32,979 bases of DNA from Acidimicrobiia bacterium (lineage in GTDB: Bacteria; Actinomycetota; Acidimicrobiia; Spongiisociales; JAHEDJ01). Positions 1 through 10,029 of this stretch are shown one piece after another. The first letter of the stretch is position 1; each line of letters starts with the position of its first letter. The translations under genes and the position numbers were made by a program. The DNA lies in NCBI GenBank assembly GCA_029210695.1, contig JARGFH010000042.1, forward strand, positions 1 through 32,979. The letters run 5' to 3'. Below the pieces are notes generated by a model. That model searched no databases and was not told the origin of the DNA. It was given only the letters and a program-made list of their open reading frames with translations.

Positions 1-221
1 CGGCAGTGCTCACCGGCCAGCAGGCTCAGCCACAAGACTCCCACAACCGCAGAAGCCCCGTAGACCCCCATTAGGTGCCATGCGACGGTGCTGGCGGCGC
101 CTCGGGGTGACTTGCACGCCTCCGCCTTCGCATGGCGTCCCCAGCCTGCACCGGCCCCCTGCTGCAACTACCATCAGGTAGCCGTCGGGATATTGACGGG
201 ATCGCGAATGAGGGGAAGGCT

Positions 222-614
222 ATGGGCTCCAATCGGACCCTTTGGGTATTACAGATCGTGTTCGGTGTCTATTTCCTGGCCATTGGGATCACGCACTTCG
301 TCGTTCCCGACGGGCTGCCGAATTTGATGTCCTGGATGTATGAGTTGTCAGATGGTCTGCACGCCGTCAGCGGTGTCGCCGAGATCCTCGGGGGCCTGGG
401 ACTCATATTGCCTGGACTCACCAAGATCCAGCCCAATCTGACCGTGCTGGCCGCCTTCGGCCTTGCCGCGGTGATGATCGGTGCAGCGATCTGGCACGCG
501 AGCCGTGGCGAGGGCACGAACATCGCCAACAACGTCGTCCTCGGCGCCATTGTTGGGTACATCGGATACGCACGCTGGAAGGTCACACCCCTCGAGGGTC
601 AAACCGCCGCTTGA
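222..614 (+). CDS. DoxX-family membrane protein
   Basis: ATG 222 after GAGGGG SD; about 4 TM helices; DoxX-like motifs 'GVAEILGGLGLILP' and 'VMIGAAIWH'. Confidence 0.85.
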   Translation: MGSNRTLWVLQIVFGVYFLAIGITHFVVPDGLPNLMSWMYELSDGLHAVSGVAEILGGLGLILPGLTKIQPNLTVLAAFGLAAVMIGAAIWHASRGEGTNIANNVVLGAIVGYIGYARWKVTPLEGQTAA

Positions 615-699
615 TGGCGGCCGCAGGAGCTGGTTCGGGAGGCGCCTCCCTGGGGCCGGCGGACGGGGAAGCGTGCCGGACGGCTACCATTCGTCTCTC

Positions 700-2526
700 A
701 TGTCCGCTGCTCCCTTTCGCAACGTCGCGCTGATCGCGCACGTCGACCATGGCAAGACCACACTGGTGGATGCCATGTTGAACGCCGCCGGGGTCTTTTC
801 CGACCACGAGGTACATGTCGACCGCGTCATGGACTCCGGAGACCAGGAACGCGAGCGGGGCATCACGATCCTCGCCAAGGCCGCCTCGATTGAGTGGAAG
901 GGCGCCAGGATCAATCTCGTCGACACACCCGGCCACGCCGACTTCGGTGGGGAGGTCGAGCGAGCACTGGCACTCGTCGACGGCGTCTTGCTGCTGGTTG
1001 ATGCCGCCGAGGGCCCGATGCCGCAGACGCGTTATGTGCTCTCGAAAGCTCTGGACGCCCACCTCCCCGCGGTTGTAGTGGTCAACAAGGTTGATCGGCC
1101 TGACGCCCGAGTCGATGAGGTAATTGATGAGATCTATCAGCTGTTCTTCGACCTCGACGCCGCCGACCACCACATCGAGTTCCCGATCATCTCGTCTGTC
1201 GCCCGTTTCGGGCGGGCCATCCTTGGAGCAGGCATTCCCGCCGAGGGCGACGACCTCTCGGCCCTGCTCGATGCCATCGTCGAGACGATTCCGGCTCCGT
1301 CCGGTGACCCTGCCGCGCCGTTGCAGGCGCTGGTCACGAACCTCGACGCCTCCGACTACCTCGGCCGCCTCGCCATCGGACGCGTGATGCAAGGGACCTT
1401 GCGCGCCGGAGATCAGGTCGTCCTCTGTCACTCCAATGTTGAGGAGCCGCCGCTCAAGCGGAAGCTGACTCAGTTGATGGGGTTCTCAGGTGTCCACCGG
1501 GTCGATGTCGAGGAGCGAATCGCCGGCGATCTCTTCGTCCTCGCCGGGTTCCCGGAGGTCGAGATCGGGGATACGCTCGCAGATGCCAACAATCCGGTGG
1601 CCCTTCCTCGCCTGGAAGTGGATGAGCCTGTGTTGCGCATGACGTTTGGTGTGAACACCTCCCCTCTGGCCGGCAAGGACGGCAACTTCCTGACGTCACG
1701 TCAGATCAGGGAGCGCCTGGAGCGAGAAGTACTCGGCAACGTCTCCATCCGGATCGGCCCAACCTCCTCACCGGAGGTGATCGAAGTGGCGGGTCGCGGG
1801 GAGCTGCAGCTGGCGGTGCTGATCGAGTCAATGCGGCGGGAGGGCTTTGAACTGCAAGTGAGCCGTCCAGAGGTGATTCTCCGGGAGATCGACGGCAAAC
1901 CTCACGAGCCGCTCGAGCGTGCGGTTGTCGATGTGCCGGACGAGTATGTCGGGACCGTTACGCAGGCGGTCGCCCCCAGGAAGGGGAGTGTGACCGACAT
2001 GCGGCCGGGCGATCGGGGTCGGACCATCGTTACCCTGGTGGCCCCGTCACGGGGACTGTTGGGTTTTCGGTCACTCCTGATGACGGCTACGCGCGGAACG
2101 GGCCTCGTGCATCAGCACCACGACGGGTGGATGCCCTGGGCGGGAGAGCTGCCACACCGCCAGGGTGGGCCCATCGTTTCCGATCGGCGCGGCACATCGA
2201 CCGGTTTCGCCCTCGACAACCTCCAGAAGCGTGGGGAGCTCTTCATCGGACCCGGTGAGGAGGTCTACGAAGGGATGATCATCGGCGAGAACTCGCGCCC
2301 GGCCGATATGCCGGCCAACGCCGCCAAGGCCAAGCAACTCACGAACGTTCGTGCCTCCGGCGCCGACGATGCCATCAAGCTGAAGCCGGCGCGTCATCTA
2401 ACTCTCGAGACTGCCATCGAGTGGATTTCCGACGATGAACTCGTCGAAGTGACCCCGAAGAACATCCGGGTGCGCAAGCGCCACCTCACCGAGAGCGATC
2501 GCAAACTCGCCGCCAAGCGCCGCTAG
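700..2526 (+). CDS. typA: Translational GTPase TypA/BipA
   Basis: [44 protein letters not shown]-terminal '[18 protein letters not shown]'; start moved from 481 to ATG 700 (TACCAT at 685-690). Confidence 0.97.
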   Translation: MSAAPFRNVALIAHVDHGKTTLVDAMLNAAGVFSDHEVHVDRVMDSGDQERERGITILAKAASIEWKGARINLVDTPGHADFGGEVERALALVDGVLLLVDAAEGPMPQTRYVLSKALDAHLPAVVVVNKVDRPDARVDEVIDEIYQLFFDLDAADHHIEFPIISSVARFGRAILGAGIPAEGDDLSALLDAIVETIPAPSGDPAAPLQALVTNLDASDYLGRLAIGRVMQGTLRAGDQVVLCHSNVEEPPLKRKLTQLMGFSGVHRVDVEERIAGDLFVLAGFPEVEIGDTLADANNPVALPRLEVDEPVLRMTFGVNTSPLAGKDGNFLTSRQIRERLEREVLGNVSIRIGPTSSPEVIEVAGRGELQLAVLIESMRREGFELQVSRPEVILREIDGKPHEPLERAVVDVPDEYVGTVTQAVAPRKGSVTDMRPGDRGRTIVTLVAPSRGLLGFRSLLMTATRGTGLVHQHHDGWMPWAGELPHRQGGPIVSDRRGTSTGFALDNLQKRGELFIGPGEEVYEGMIIGENSRPADMPANAAKAKQLTNVRASGADDAIKLKPARHLTLETAIEWISDDELVEVTPKNIRVRKRHLTESDRKLAAKRR

Positions 2527-2536
2527 GCCCCAAACC

Positions 2537-2590
2537 CCGTTTTCGCGCGGGAATCGAACCCCATAGGGTGGGAATCCCGCGCGAAAACGG
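2537..2590. repeat. Palindromic REP/MITE-like element, family A copy 1; may also act as a bidirectional terminator
   Basis: 16-bp perfect IR CCGTTTTCGCGCGGGA/TCCCGCGCGAAAACGG with 22-nt spacer between convergent genes; inverted copy at 14095-14150. Confidence 0.85.
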
Positions 2591-2595
2591 AGGAT

Positions 2596-3636
2596 TCAGG
2601 GGGCGAAGAGGGCTTTGATCAAACCCGGCTCGCGCTCGGCGAAGGCTTGGTAGAGGTCGGGCCCATCCTGCAACCGTTCCTCCGGGTGTGTCACAACGAC
2701 ATCGTCCGGCACAGTCAACCGGCCCTCGTCGAGCATTGGGAGGATTTGGTCGAGCACCGACCGGACCGGGGCCCGTCCGAACCGGACGGTGATGTTGCGG
2801 TCGTACGCCTCGATCGGTGAGAAGGGAAACGCTGGCTCGGTCTGTACGGCGATCACCGAGAGCGTGCCGCCCGGGCGTACCGACCGAAACGCGAACCCCT
2901 GGGCGGCCGACGTGCCCGCCGCCTCAATGACTGATGGCAGATCGTCGGGTATTGCCGGGTCGCCGGGGCTCATCGGGACCGCTCCCAACCGGGCCGACTG
3001 CTCGAGTCGATCGTCCATCGGATCGACCGCGAAGATCGGGTCGGCGCCGAGTGCCCGCAGGGAGACGATCGCTGAGAGTCCCACCGATCCGAGTCCGACG
3101 ACCATCGCCGGCTCGTCCGTCACCGGATCCGATCGTTCTGCCGCGTACCAGCCGGTGGGGAGGTTGTCGGTCAGCAGAATGGCCTGAGGGTCCGAGACAC
3201 CTGCAGGGATCCCCACCAGCGTGCCGTCGGCCAGTGGCACGCGCAGCATCGATGCCTGGCCTCCGTGTACCGCAGGTGCCGACAAATCGTCCGGGTCACC
3301 CCATCCGAACAATTGTCCCCGCTCGCAGCGAGCGGCCAGACCGCGCCGGCACCAACGGCATATCCCGCAACTGGTGGTGAAGGGGACGAGCACCCGGTCG
3401 CCAACTGAGAATCGTGACACCTCGTCTCCAACCAGGATGACCGTTCCGACGGCTTCGTGTCCCGGCACAACTCCCGGTCTGGCCGTTTCGCGGCCCTCGT
3501 AGGTGTGGAGGTCCGACCCGCACAACCCCGCCCTGCTCACCGCGATGACCGCGTCGGTCGGCTGTTCGATTACTGGATCAGGGAGGTCGTCGCGGAACTC
3601 GATCTTCCGGATGCCCTGAAATAGAAGTCCGTGCAT
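2596..3636 (-). CDS. Zn-dependent alcohol dehydrogenase (MDR, formaldehyde dehydrogenase-like subgroup)
   Basis: GLCGSDLH, GHE, structural Zn CxxCxxCx7C, 'LTDNLPTG', NAD-binding GLGSVG. Confidence 0.92.
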   Translation of the reverse strand: MHGLLFQGIRKIEFRDDLPDPVIEQPTDAVIAVSRAGLCGSDLHTYEGRETARPGVVPGHEAVGTVILVGDEVSRFSVGDRVLVPFTTSCGICRWCRRGLAARCERGQLFGWGDPDDLSAPAVHGGQASMLRVPLADGTLVGIPAGVSDPQAILLTDNLPTGWYAAERSDPVTDEPAMVVGLGSVGLSAIVSLRALGADPIFAVDPMDDRLEQSARLGAVPMSPGDPAIPDDLPSVIEAAGTSAAQGFAFRSVRPGGTLSVIAVQTEPAFPFSPIEAYDRNITVRFGRAPVRSVLDQILPMLDEGRLTVPDDVVVTHPEERLQDGPDLYQAFAEREPGLIKALFAP

Positions 3637-3723
3637 GGGCCGAGGCTACCGTCCTCGCGTTCTTCCGCCGGGACGGATCGCCACCGAACGACACCCGTTG
3701 AAGTAGTGCAAGAATCGTGCGTG

Positions 3724-4875
3724 ATGTTCGGACCCGCTCGCTCCCTCTACTCGATTCGTCCCAAGGCACCCATCGCCATCCTGACGGGTATCGCGGCAGT
3801 GACGCTCATGTTCAGCGCCACGCCCTTCTTGATTCCCGAAATCGCGACTCGGTTCGGCGTGTCTCAGGGACTGGCGGGCGGGATCTCCGTGGTGCAGGTC
3901 GGGGCGTTCGCGTTGGTGAACGTCGTCCTACCGAGGTTGACCGCACCCTCAGGGAGGATCCTCAAGTGGAGTGCCTGGGCCTTCTTCGCCCTCAACGTGG
4001 CGAGCGTGCTGGCCGGGGAGTTCTGGCTGCTGCTGGCTCTGCGCTTCCTGGCCGGGTCGGCGGCCGGGGCGATCACCTGGATCGCCTGGGCGGACGCCAT
4101 GCGCGAGCCCCGTTCGCTGACCGCAGTCTCCGCAGTTGGACCGATAGTGGCGATGGTCGGCGCCCCGCTCGTCTCGGCGACGGCGACCTGGGGCGATCGG
4201 GCCATCTACGGGTTGCTGGCACTGTCCACGCTTCCCGGTGCCATCGCCCGGCTCGAGACCCGGGGCGGAATGACCAGAAGGGAGGCCGTCAGCCGATCTC
4301 GTTCGAACCGCGTGCTCCTGGCCGCCCTGTTCCTTCTGACCTTCTCCGGTTCGAGCCTCTTCGTCTACGCGTCGGTGGCGGCCAGAGCAACGCTCGGCCT
4401 GAGCGCAGTGGCGACCTCGTGGGCATTCTCGTTGAACGCGGCGGCCGGCCTGGCCGGTGCCCGACTCGCCGCCCACCACCGTCGCCCCGGCTGGTGGCTG
4501 GCCAGCGCCGGACCGGCCGTGGCCATCTCGATCGCAGGCGGCCATGCGGCCTGGTTCTTCGTCGGGATGGCCTGGTGGGGCTTCGCATTCTGGATGGGAT
4601 TGCCGGGAGTGCTGCAGATGCTGGCGGTGCGATCTCTGGCAGCCGACGAACGGGCAGGCGACGCACAAGGTGTGATGGCCATGGGCCGGTCCATCGGCCC
4701 GTTGATGGGAGGGGGATTCACCGATGCAGGCGCGTTCAGCACGCTCGCGGTTATCGCCGGTATCGGTGTTTCGGCGTCGGGGATAGCGGTGATCGGCGTG
4801 CAAGAAGGCCGTGAACGTCTACCTCCTTCGGATCCCACCTTCGCCGGGCCGAACCGGAGTGCGCCCGGAGCCTGA
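3724..4875 (+). CDS. MFS transporter
   Basis: About 12 hydrophobic segments; 'LLALRFLAG' and 'GRSIGPLMGG' MFS motifs; start uncertain (GTG 3721 or ATG 3724). Confidence 0.82.
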   Translation: MFGPARSLYSIRPKAPIAILTGIAAVTLMFSATPFLIPEIATRFGVSQGLAGGISVVQVGAFALVNVVLPRLTAPSGRILKWSAWAFFALNVASVLAGEFWLLLALRFLAGSAAGAITWIAWADAMREPRSLTAVSAVGPIVAMVGAPLVSATATWGDRAIYGLLALSTLPGAIARLETRGGMTRREAVSRSRSNRVLLAALFLLTFSGSSLFVYASVAARATLGLSAVATSWAFSLNAAAGLAGARLAAHHRRPGWWLASAGPAVAISIAGGHAAWFFVGMAWWGFAFWMGLPGVLQMLAVRSLAADERAGDAQGVMAMGRSIGPLMGGGFTDAGAFSTLAVIAGIGVSASGIAVIGVQEGRERLPPSDPTFAGPNRSAPGA

Positions 4876-4881
4876 GAGCTC

Positions 4882-6138
4882 CTACAGGAGACGTTGTTTG
4901 CGGCGTCTCCGTCCACTGCGACGGACCGGCGCGGCCGGCTTCTCGTCGCCTTCGCCGTCCGGCTGGTCCCATGCCGCCAGGTCGTCCAGCCGATCGTCGT
5001 TCGAGAACATCTTGACGATGGGTTTGACAAGTCCGGCTTCCTGCTGAATTCGTTGCATGGCTGCCATCTGATCCCATTCGATCATGGTGACCACCAGACC
5101 TTCTTCCCCCGCTCTGGCGGTACGGCCCGACCGATGAACGTACGTGCGCGAGTCCTCCGGTGGGTCGTAGTGCAGGACGATGTCGACGCCGTCGATGTGG
5201 AGGCCTCGGGCGGCTACGTTGGTGGCCACCAGGACCGGGCTCTTCCCGCTGGCGAACTCGGCCAGCGTTCGCTCTCGCTTGGGCTGTGGGAGGTCTCCAT
5301 GAATCGGGCGGGCTTGAACACCGAGGGCTCGCAGGTCACGGGCGATTTGATCGCACGCCCGCTTCGTCCGGACGAACACCAGCATGCGGTCGGCGGTTTC
5401 GGCGATGCGGGCGGCCACCTTGGCCTTGTCCATGTGGTGGACCTCTAGGAACCTGTGCTCGGAAGTCTCAACGGTGACGGTGTCCGAGCTGACCTCGTGG
5501 AACACCGGATCGTCTGTGTAACTCGAGATGAGATTGCCGACGGGCCCATCGAGCGTCGCAGAGAACAAGAACGTCTGGTGCTTCCGCTTGATCTGACGCA
5601 TGGCAAAGCGAACCTGCGGAAGGAAGCCCATATCGGCCATCTGGTCTGCCTCGTCGATCACCACCATCTCGACGTCATCGATGAACAGGACCTTTCGATC
5701 GGCCAGGTCGAGTAGACGGCCGGGCGTAGCCACGACCACTTCGACGCCCTGTGCCAGCGTGTCGATCTGGTGTTTCATCGACACGCCGCCGTAGATGGAG
5801 AGCAGCGAGAATCCGCGGGTTTCGCATAGTGGTGCCAGTGCTTCACTCACCTGCACGCACAGTTCACGGGTCGGAACCAGCACGAGGGCGATCGGTCGTC
5901 GCGGTGGTGCCTTGTGCAGGCGATCGACGATTGGCAGACCGAATGCAAGGGTTTTGCCGGAGCCCGTCTTGGCCCGGCCGCAGATATCCCGGCCCTTCAG
6001 AGCATCGGGAATGGCGAGGGCCTGAATGGGGAAGGGCGAGGTGATGCCTTGCCGCTCGAGTATTTCCGCCAGGTCTTCGGCGACACCCAACTGGGCGAAG
6101 GTGGAGGTCGTGGTGAGGTGATCTTGTTCGCGGTTCAA
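4882..6138 (-). CDS. DEAD-box RNA helicase (RhlE/CshA-like)
   Basis: Q motif, AKTGSGKT, PTREL, TPGRL, DEAD, SAT, ARGL, HRSGRTARAG; basic C-terminal tail; TTG start with AGGAG SD. Confidence 0.95.
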   Translation of the reverse strand: MNREQDHLTTTSTFAQLGVAEDLAEILERQGITSPFPIQALAIPDALKGRDICGRAKTGSGKTLAFGLPIVDRLHKAPPRRPIALVLVPTRELCVQVSEALAPLCETRGFSLLSIYGGVSMKHQIDTLAQGVEVVVATPGRLLDLADRKVLFIDDVEMVVIDEADQMADMGFLPQVRFAMRQIKRKHQTFLFSATLDGPVGNLISSYTDDPVFHEVSSDTVTVETSEHRFLEVHHMDKAKVAARIAETADRMLVFVRTKRACDQIARDLRALGVQARPIHGDLPQPKRERTLAEFASGKSPVLVATNVAARGLHIDGVDIVLHYDPPEDSRTYVHRSGRTARAGEEGLVVTMIEWDQMAAMQRIQQEAGLVKPIVKMFSNDDRLDDLAAWDQPDGEGDEKPAAPVRRSGRRRRKQRLL

Positions 6139-6294
6139 ATGTTCAGGTGCTCCTAGAGAGAAGGCTCGATCCGGCGTGGAGAGCCGCCGGCACTTCGGGC
6201 CGGTGGAGCTAGCTTAGTGGCCCGGCGCCCGGGTGGCTTCCTCAGTTGGTTGCACTCTCCCGTGAGGCTGGCAAGCTGGTGGCGATGGTTTTCG

Positions 6295-6495
6295 ATGAAT
6301 AGCTACGAATTCGACCTGGAATACGAAGTCGAGCGTCGCCGGCGGGTCCGGCGCCTCCGGGTCGTGGCCGCCATTGTGGCCGTTGCTCTGCTGGCGCTCA
6401 CAGTGCTGAGCACGACCTTCGACGTCATCAACTTCCCGCCTTCGCCGACCCCCACGACCGAGCCGGTCTTCGTCGCACTGGCCGCCACCGGTTGA
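6295..6495 (+). CDS. Small single-pass membrane protein (66 aa), hypothetical
   Basis: Acidic N-terminus, Arg cluster, 20-aa hydrophobic helix, P/T-rich tail; fills the gap before hrpB; no clear SD. Confidence 0.5.
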   Translation: MNSYEFDLEYEVERRRRVRRLRVVAAIVAVALLALTVLSTTFDVINFPPSPTPTTEPVFVALAATG

Positions 6496-6519
6496 TCCCG
6501 CCCGCCCTATCCTCCTGGC

Positions 6520-8967
6520 GTGCTCTCCCACACCAGCCTGCCGGTAGAAGGCTCTCTGCCGTCGCTTCGTTCGGCGCTGGCTGCGCAGCGGCAAGCCGTG
6601 CTGGTCGCGCCGCCGGGCTCCGGCAAGACGACGATCGTTCCGCTTCTGCTGCTGGCGGAACCGTGGCTCGAGGGCCGAAAGATCACCGTGCTCGAACCGC
6701 GACGCCTGGCGACGCGAGCGGCCGCCAGGCGCATGGCGTTCCTGCTGGGGGAGCAGGCGGGGGAGACGGTCGGCTATGTCACCAAGACCGATCGCAAGGT
6801 CGGCCCTGATACTCGCATCGAGGTGGTGACGGAAGGGGTGCTGACGAGGCGCCTGCAGCGCGATCCTGAACTCCCCGGGGTGGGCCTGGTCGTATTCGAC
6901 GAGTTCCATGAACGAAGTCTCCAGACCGATCTTGGCCTCGCCCTGGCCCTCGATGCGAAGAGAATGCTGCGGCCGGACCTTCGTCTGCTCGTGATGTCTG
7001 CCACGATCGACGCCGACAAGATCGCCGGCTTGCTCGGTGGGGCGCCCGTGATCCGGAGCGAAGCACGCTCTTTTCCCGTCGAGGTCCGCTGGGAGCCGCG
7101 ACCGCGCCAGACCTGGCTCGAGCCCCATGTCGTTGCCGTGGTCCGGCAGGCGTTGCGGACCGATGGTGGCGATATTCTCGTGTTCCTTCCGGGCATCGGG
7201 GAGATCAATCGCGTGATGAACCTCCTACGGGACGCCGGTGTAGAGGCCGACATTCACCGGTTGCACGGCTCTCTCTCCATCGAGGAGCAAGATGCGGCCC
7301 TGACCGTTGCATCGAGCAGGAAGGTCGTCCTGTCGACCGATATCGCCGAGTCCAGCCTGACGGTTGAAGGCGTTCGGGTTGTCGTCGACGGAGGTGCTGC
7401 CAGGGCTCCACGTTTCGACAGCCGAACGGGAATGACCCGCCTCAAAACGATTCCGATCTCCAAAGCGTCGGCCGATCAGCGGTCCGGCCGGGCCGGTCGC
7501 ACCGAACCGGGCGTCGCCTATCGCCTGTGGTCGAAGGTCGAGCATGGGCCGCGCAAGGCTCATATCGAACCCGAGATCACCCAGGTCGATCTCGCCGGGT
7601 TTGCCCTCGAGTTGGCCGCCTGGGGCGCGGCCGACGCTTCGGATCTCGATTTCCTGGATCGACCACCGAGGCGTGCTCTAGCGGAGGCCCATCGGTTGTT
7701 GGGGTTGTTGGGCGCCGTCGATGGGGACGGCCGATTGACGGAGTCTGGACGGGCGATGGTGAACTTGCCGCTGCATCCCCGGCTCGCCCGGATGGTTGTC
7801 GACGCTGGTGATGATCAAGCGCTGGCGTGTCTGCTGGCCGCCGTGGTAGATGATCGCGACATTCTGCGCGGACCGTCCGACGAGATTCCGGTCGACGTTG
7901 CTCTTCGGATTGAGTTGGTCACCGGCGCGGCGGACGCTCATCCAAACCTCGATCGGCGAGCACTCGAGCGGTTGCGGCGCAACGCCCGCGACCTCGCCCG
8001 GCGGGCGGACATCAAGACGAACGCGGTCGATCCGGATCATTGCGGTCGAGTGCTGGCGCTGGCTTTTCCGGATCGCCTCGCCGTACAACGGGGGACTGCC
8101 GGACGATTCCAACTGCGAACCGGCACCTCGGCCTGGATGGCGTCCTCTGATTCACTGGCAGGGGAACGTTTCGTGGTTGTAGCCGATCTGGACGGCAAGC
8201 GAAAGGATGCGCGAATACGTCTCGCGGCTGCCCTCGTCGGGGATGAGGTGTCCGCCGTGTACGGGCATGAAGTGGAGGAGCGGGCCGAGCTGGTGTGGGT
8301 CGATGATCGTCTGATGGAGCGTCGGACGGTCCGGTTGGGGGGGATGGTGATCGAGGAGCGTGAGCAGCGTGCCGCGCCCGGCCCTGAGGCAACTGCGGCG
8401 GTGATCTCCCGATTGCAGCAGCGGAAGCTCGAGGATTTGCCGTGGACGGATGCGGCCAGATCCATCCGTGACCGTGTCGCCTTCCTGCGAAACACTGTGG
8501 GGTCACGGTGGCCGGACTGGTCGACCCCGGCCCTGGTCGAGTCCCTGGAAGATTGGCTGCTGCCATCGCTCGGCTTGCCGACCGGATTCGACCGTTTCGA
8601 CCGTCTCGACCTGGCTTCGGTCCTTCGGGGGCGTTTGGGGTATCCACTTGCCGGGGAGCTCGAACGTCTCGCTCCGAAGGAGATCACCGTTCCCAGTGGG
8701 CGGTCGGTTCGCGTCGACTACTCGAGGGATTGGCCGACGGTGGCAGTGCGAGTGCAGGAGATGTACGGCACGACGACTACTCCGACGGTGGGGGGTCAAC
8801 CGGTGGTGCTCCAGCTGCTGTCACCGGCTCGCCGGCCACTCCAGATCACCCGGGACCTCGGCGGATTCTGGACCGGGTCGTGGTCGGACGTTCGCAAAGA
8901 GATGGCAGGCCGCTACCCGAAGCACGACTGGCCAGACGATCCGGCCACCGCCACGCCGACAAGCTAG
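6520..8967 (+). CDS. hrpB: ATP-dependent RNA helicase HrpB
   Basis: APPGSGKT, DEFHE, SAT, TDIAESSLT, QRSGRAGR, C-terminal 'LLSPARRPLQIT...GRYPKHDWPDDP'. Confidence 0.96.
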   Translation: MLSHTSLPVEGSLPSLRSALAAQRQAVLVAPPGSGKTTIVPLLLLAEPWLEGRKITVLEPRRLATRAAARRMAFLLGEQAGETVGYVTKTDRKVGPDTRIEVVTEGVLTRRLQRDPELPGVGLVVFDEFHERSLQTDLGLALALDAKRMLRPDLRLLVMSATIDADKIAGLLGGAPVIRSEARSFPVEVRWEPRPRQTWLEPHVVAVVRQALRTDGGDILVFLPGIGEINRVMNLLRDAGVEADIHRLHGSLSIEEQDAALTVASSRKVVLSTDIAESSLTVEGVRVVVDGGAARAPRFDSRTGMTRLKTIPISKASADQRSGRAGRTEPGVAYRLWSKVEHGPRKAHIEPEITQVDLAGFALELAAWGAADASDLDFLDRPPRRALAEAHRLLGLLGAVDGDGRLTESGRAMVNLPLHPRLARMVVDAGDDQALACLLAAVVDDRDILRGPSDEIPVDVALRIELVTGAADAHPNLDRRALERLRRNARDLARRADIKTNAVDPDHCGRVLALAFPDRLAVQRGTAGRFQLRTGTSAWMASSDSLAGERFVVVADLDGKRKDARIRLAAALVGDEVSAVYGHEVEERAELVWVDDRLMERRTVRLGGMVIEEREQRAAPGPEATAAVISRLQQRKLEDLPWTDAARSIRDRVAFLRNTVGSRWPDWSTPALVESLEDWLLPSLGLPTGFDRFDRLDLASVLRGRLGYPLAGELERLAPKEITVPSGRSVRVDYSRDWPTVAVRVQEMYGTTTTPTVGGQPVVLQLLSPARRPLQITRDLGGFWTGSWSDVRKEMAGRYPKHDWPDDPATATPTS

Positions 8968-8973
8968 GAGCCG

Positions 8974-9012
8974 GCGACCAACCCGCGACTCGCGACTCGC
9001 GACCAGCGACTC
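8974..9012. repeat. Short heptamer tandem repeat (GCGACTC/GCGACCA)
   Basis: Units at 8974, 8985, 8992, 8999 and 9006, between convergent stop codons. Confidence 0.7.
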
Positions 9013-9814
9013 ATGAAATCACCATCATCAGGGCGCTCAACACCAGCAAGATCACACCGGCGACCAGTGTGTTGGTCGAGGTCATACCCGACGGCAGTCG
9101 GGCGGCGGCGATGGAGTCTGTTCCCACAACGACGGCGATGAGCAAGGTGATCATGCCGCTGAGCATGAGCAGGGCGGTCAAGATGCCCGGGAGGAAGATC
9201 CCGAGAATGATGCCAATCACGACGACCCCGGCACCGATCTTCCACGAAAGCGGAAGGGCGGCGATCAGCGAGCCCTTCTTGGCGGCAGGTTTCTTTTTGG
9301 CAGGCTGTTGCTCTGCTCTGCGTGCCGGAGGTTGCTCCTCGAGTGCGGGCGGTGGGGGAGCAACGGTCATCGGCTCGGGCTCTGTGAGGTAGCTCGGCAC
9401 AGGTTTGGGCTCGGCCGCGGGAGTGGCGATTCCGGGTTCCAGCGTCGGGCTTTCCGCGGCCTTGGCCTTCTTCGATGTGCGTCCGCGAGGTTCCTTTGGC
9501 GGACTGGCCTTCTTCTCCTTGCGCGAGCGTCGTGCGGTGTGTTTTGGCGCCGAGCGCGGAGCATCCTCCTTGATTTCGACGAGGCGTGTGAATCCTTCTG
9601 GATCGTCGACCGAGATGAGAAGTTGCTCGCCCTCGACTTCGAGGACAAACGCTCCGCTCTTGCGACGGATGTCGAGCCCGGCCAGGCTCCAGTTACCGAT
9701 TTCGTCCGCCGTGCCGACGAGAATCATCAGGCGGCCGCCATCAACGCGGATGCCGGCCGGCATCTTGGTCCCCGCGTCTCCGGCTATCTGTAGTGAACCT
9801 TCAAACGTTGGCAT
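9011..9814 (-). CDS. Hypothetical membrane protein (small N-terminal beta domain, K/P/A-rich linker, 3 C-terminal TM helices)
   Basis: ORF composition and GC-rich third codon positions; no family recognised. Confidence 0.75.
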   Translation of the reverse strand: MPTFEGSLQIAGDAGTKMPAGIRVDGGRLMILVGTADEIGNWSLAGLDIRRKSGAFVLEVEGEQLLISVDDPEGFTRLVEIKEDAPRSAPKHTARRSRKEKKASPPKEPRGRTSKKAKAAESPTLEPGIATPAAEPKPVPSYLTEPEPMTVAPPPPALEEQPPARRAEQQPAKKKPAAKKGSLIAALPLSWKIGAGVVVIGIILGIFLPGILTALLMLSGMITLLIAVVVGTDSIAAARLPSGMTSTNTLVAGVILLVLSALMMVIS

Positions 9815-9911
9815 CGCTCAACTCTCGAACGTGATGACGTGTACGCATAGTGAAATCCCTGGCCGGCCCCTCCAGTATCTTAGGCGCTGGTGCGTTGAGA
9901 CCCACACATGA

Positions 9912-10018
9912 TTCTCCGCAGTGCTGTGGCGCGTGACGGTCCGTTGTATTGCCGAGAAAATCTGCACGTGTTTCTCAGCAATGCTGTGGCGCGTGACAGG
10001 CCATTGCATTGCTGAGAA
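9912..10018. repeat. Palindromic REP-like element, family B, two tandem 47-nt copies
   Basis: TTCTCnGCArTGCTGTGGCGCGTGACnGnCCrTTGyATTGCyGAGAA at 9912-9958 and 9972-10018 (period 60); third copy at 24674-24720. Confidence 0.85.
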
Positions 10019-10029
10019 AGTCCGGGGTT

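Noticed and set aside
1..167. Partial minus-strand ORF (hydrophobic 'MGVYGASAVVGVLWLSLLAGEHC...') running off the window
   Set aside because: Too short to identify and no clear start signal; possible but unsupported
481..699. N-terminal extension of TypA; similar ORF-track extensions at 132, 3631, 10918, 12262, 23361, 31822 and 31942
   Set aside because: They overlap neighbouring genes or promoters and are low-complexity; better starts with SD or -10 exist downstream
9912..10018. Mini CRISPR array
   Set aside because: Only two 47-nt units with a 13-nt linker, a dispersed third copy elsewhere, and no cas genes or leader
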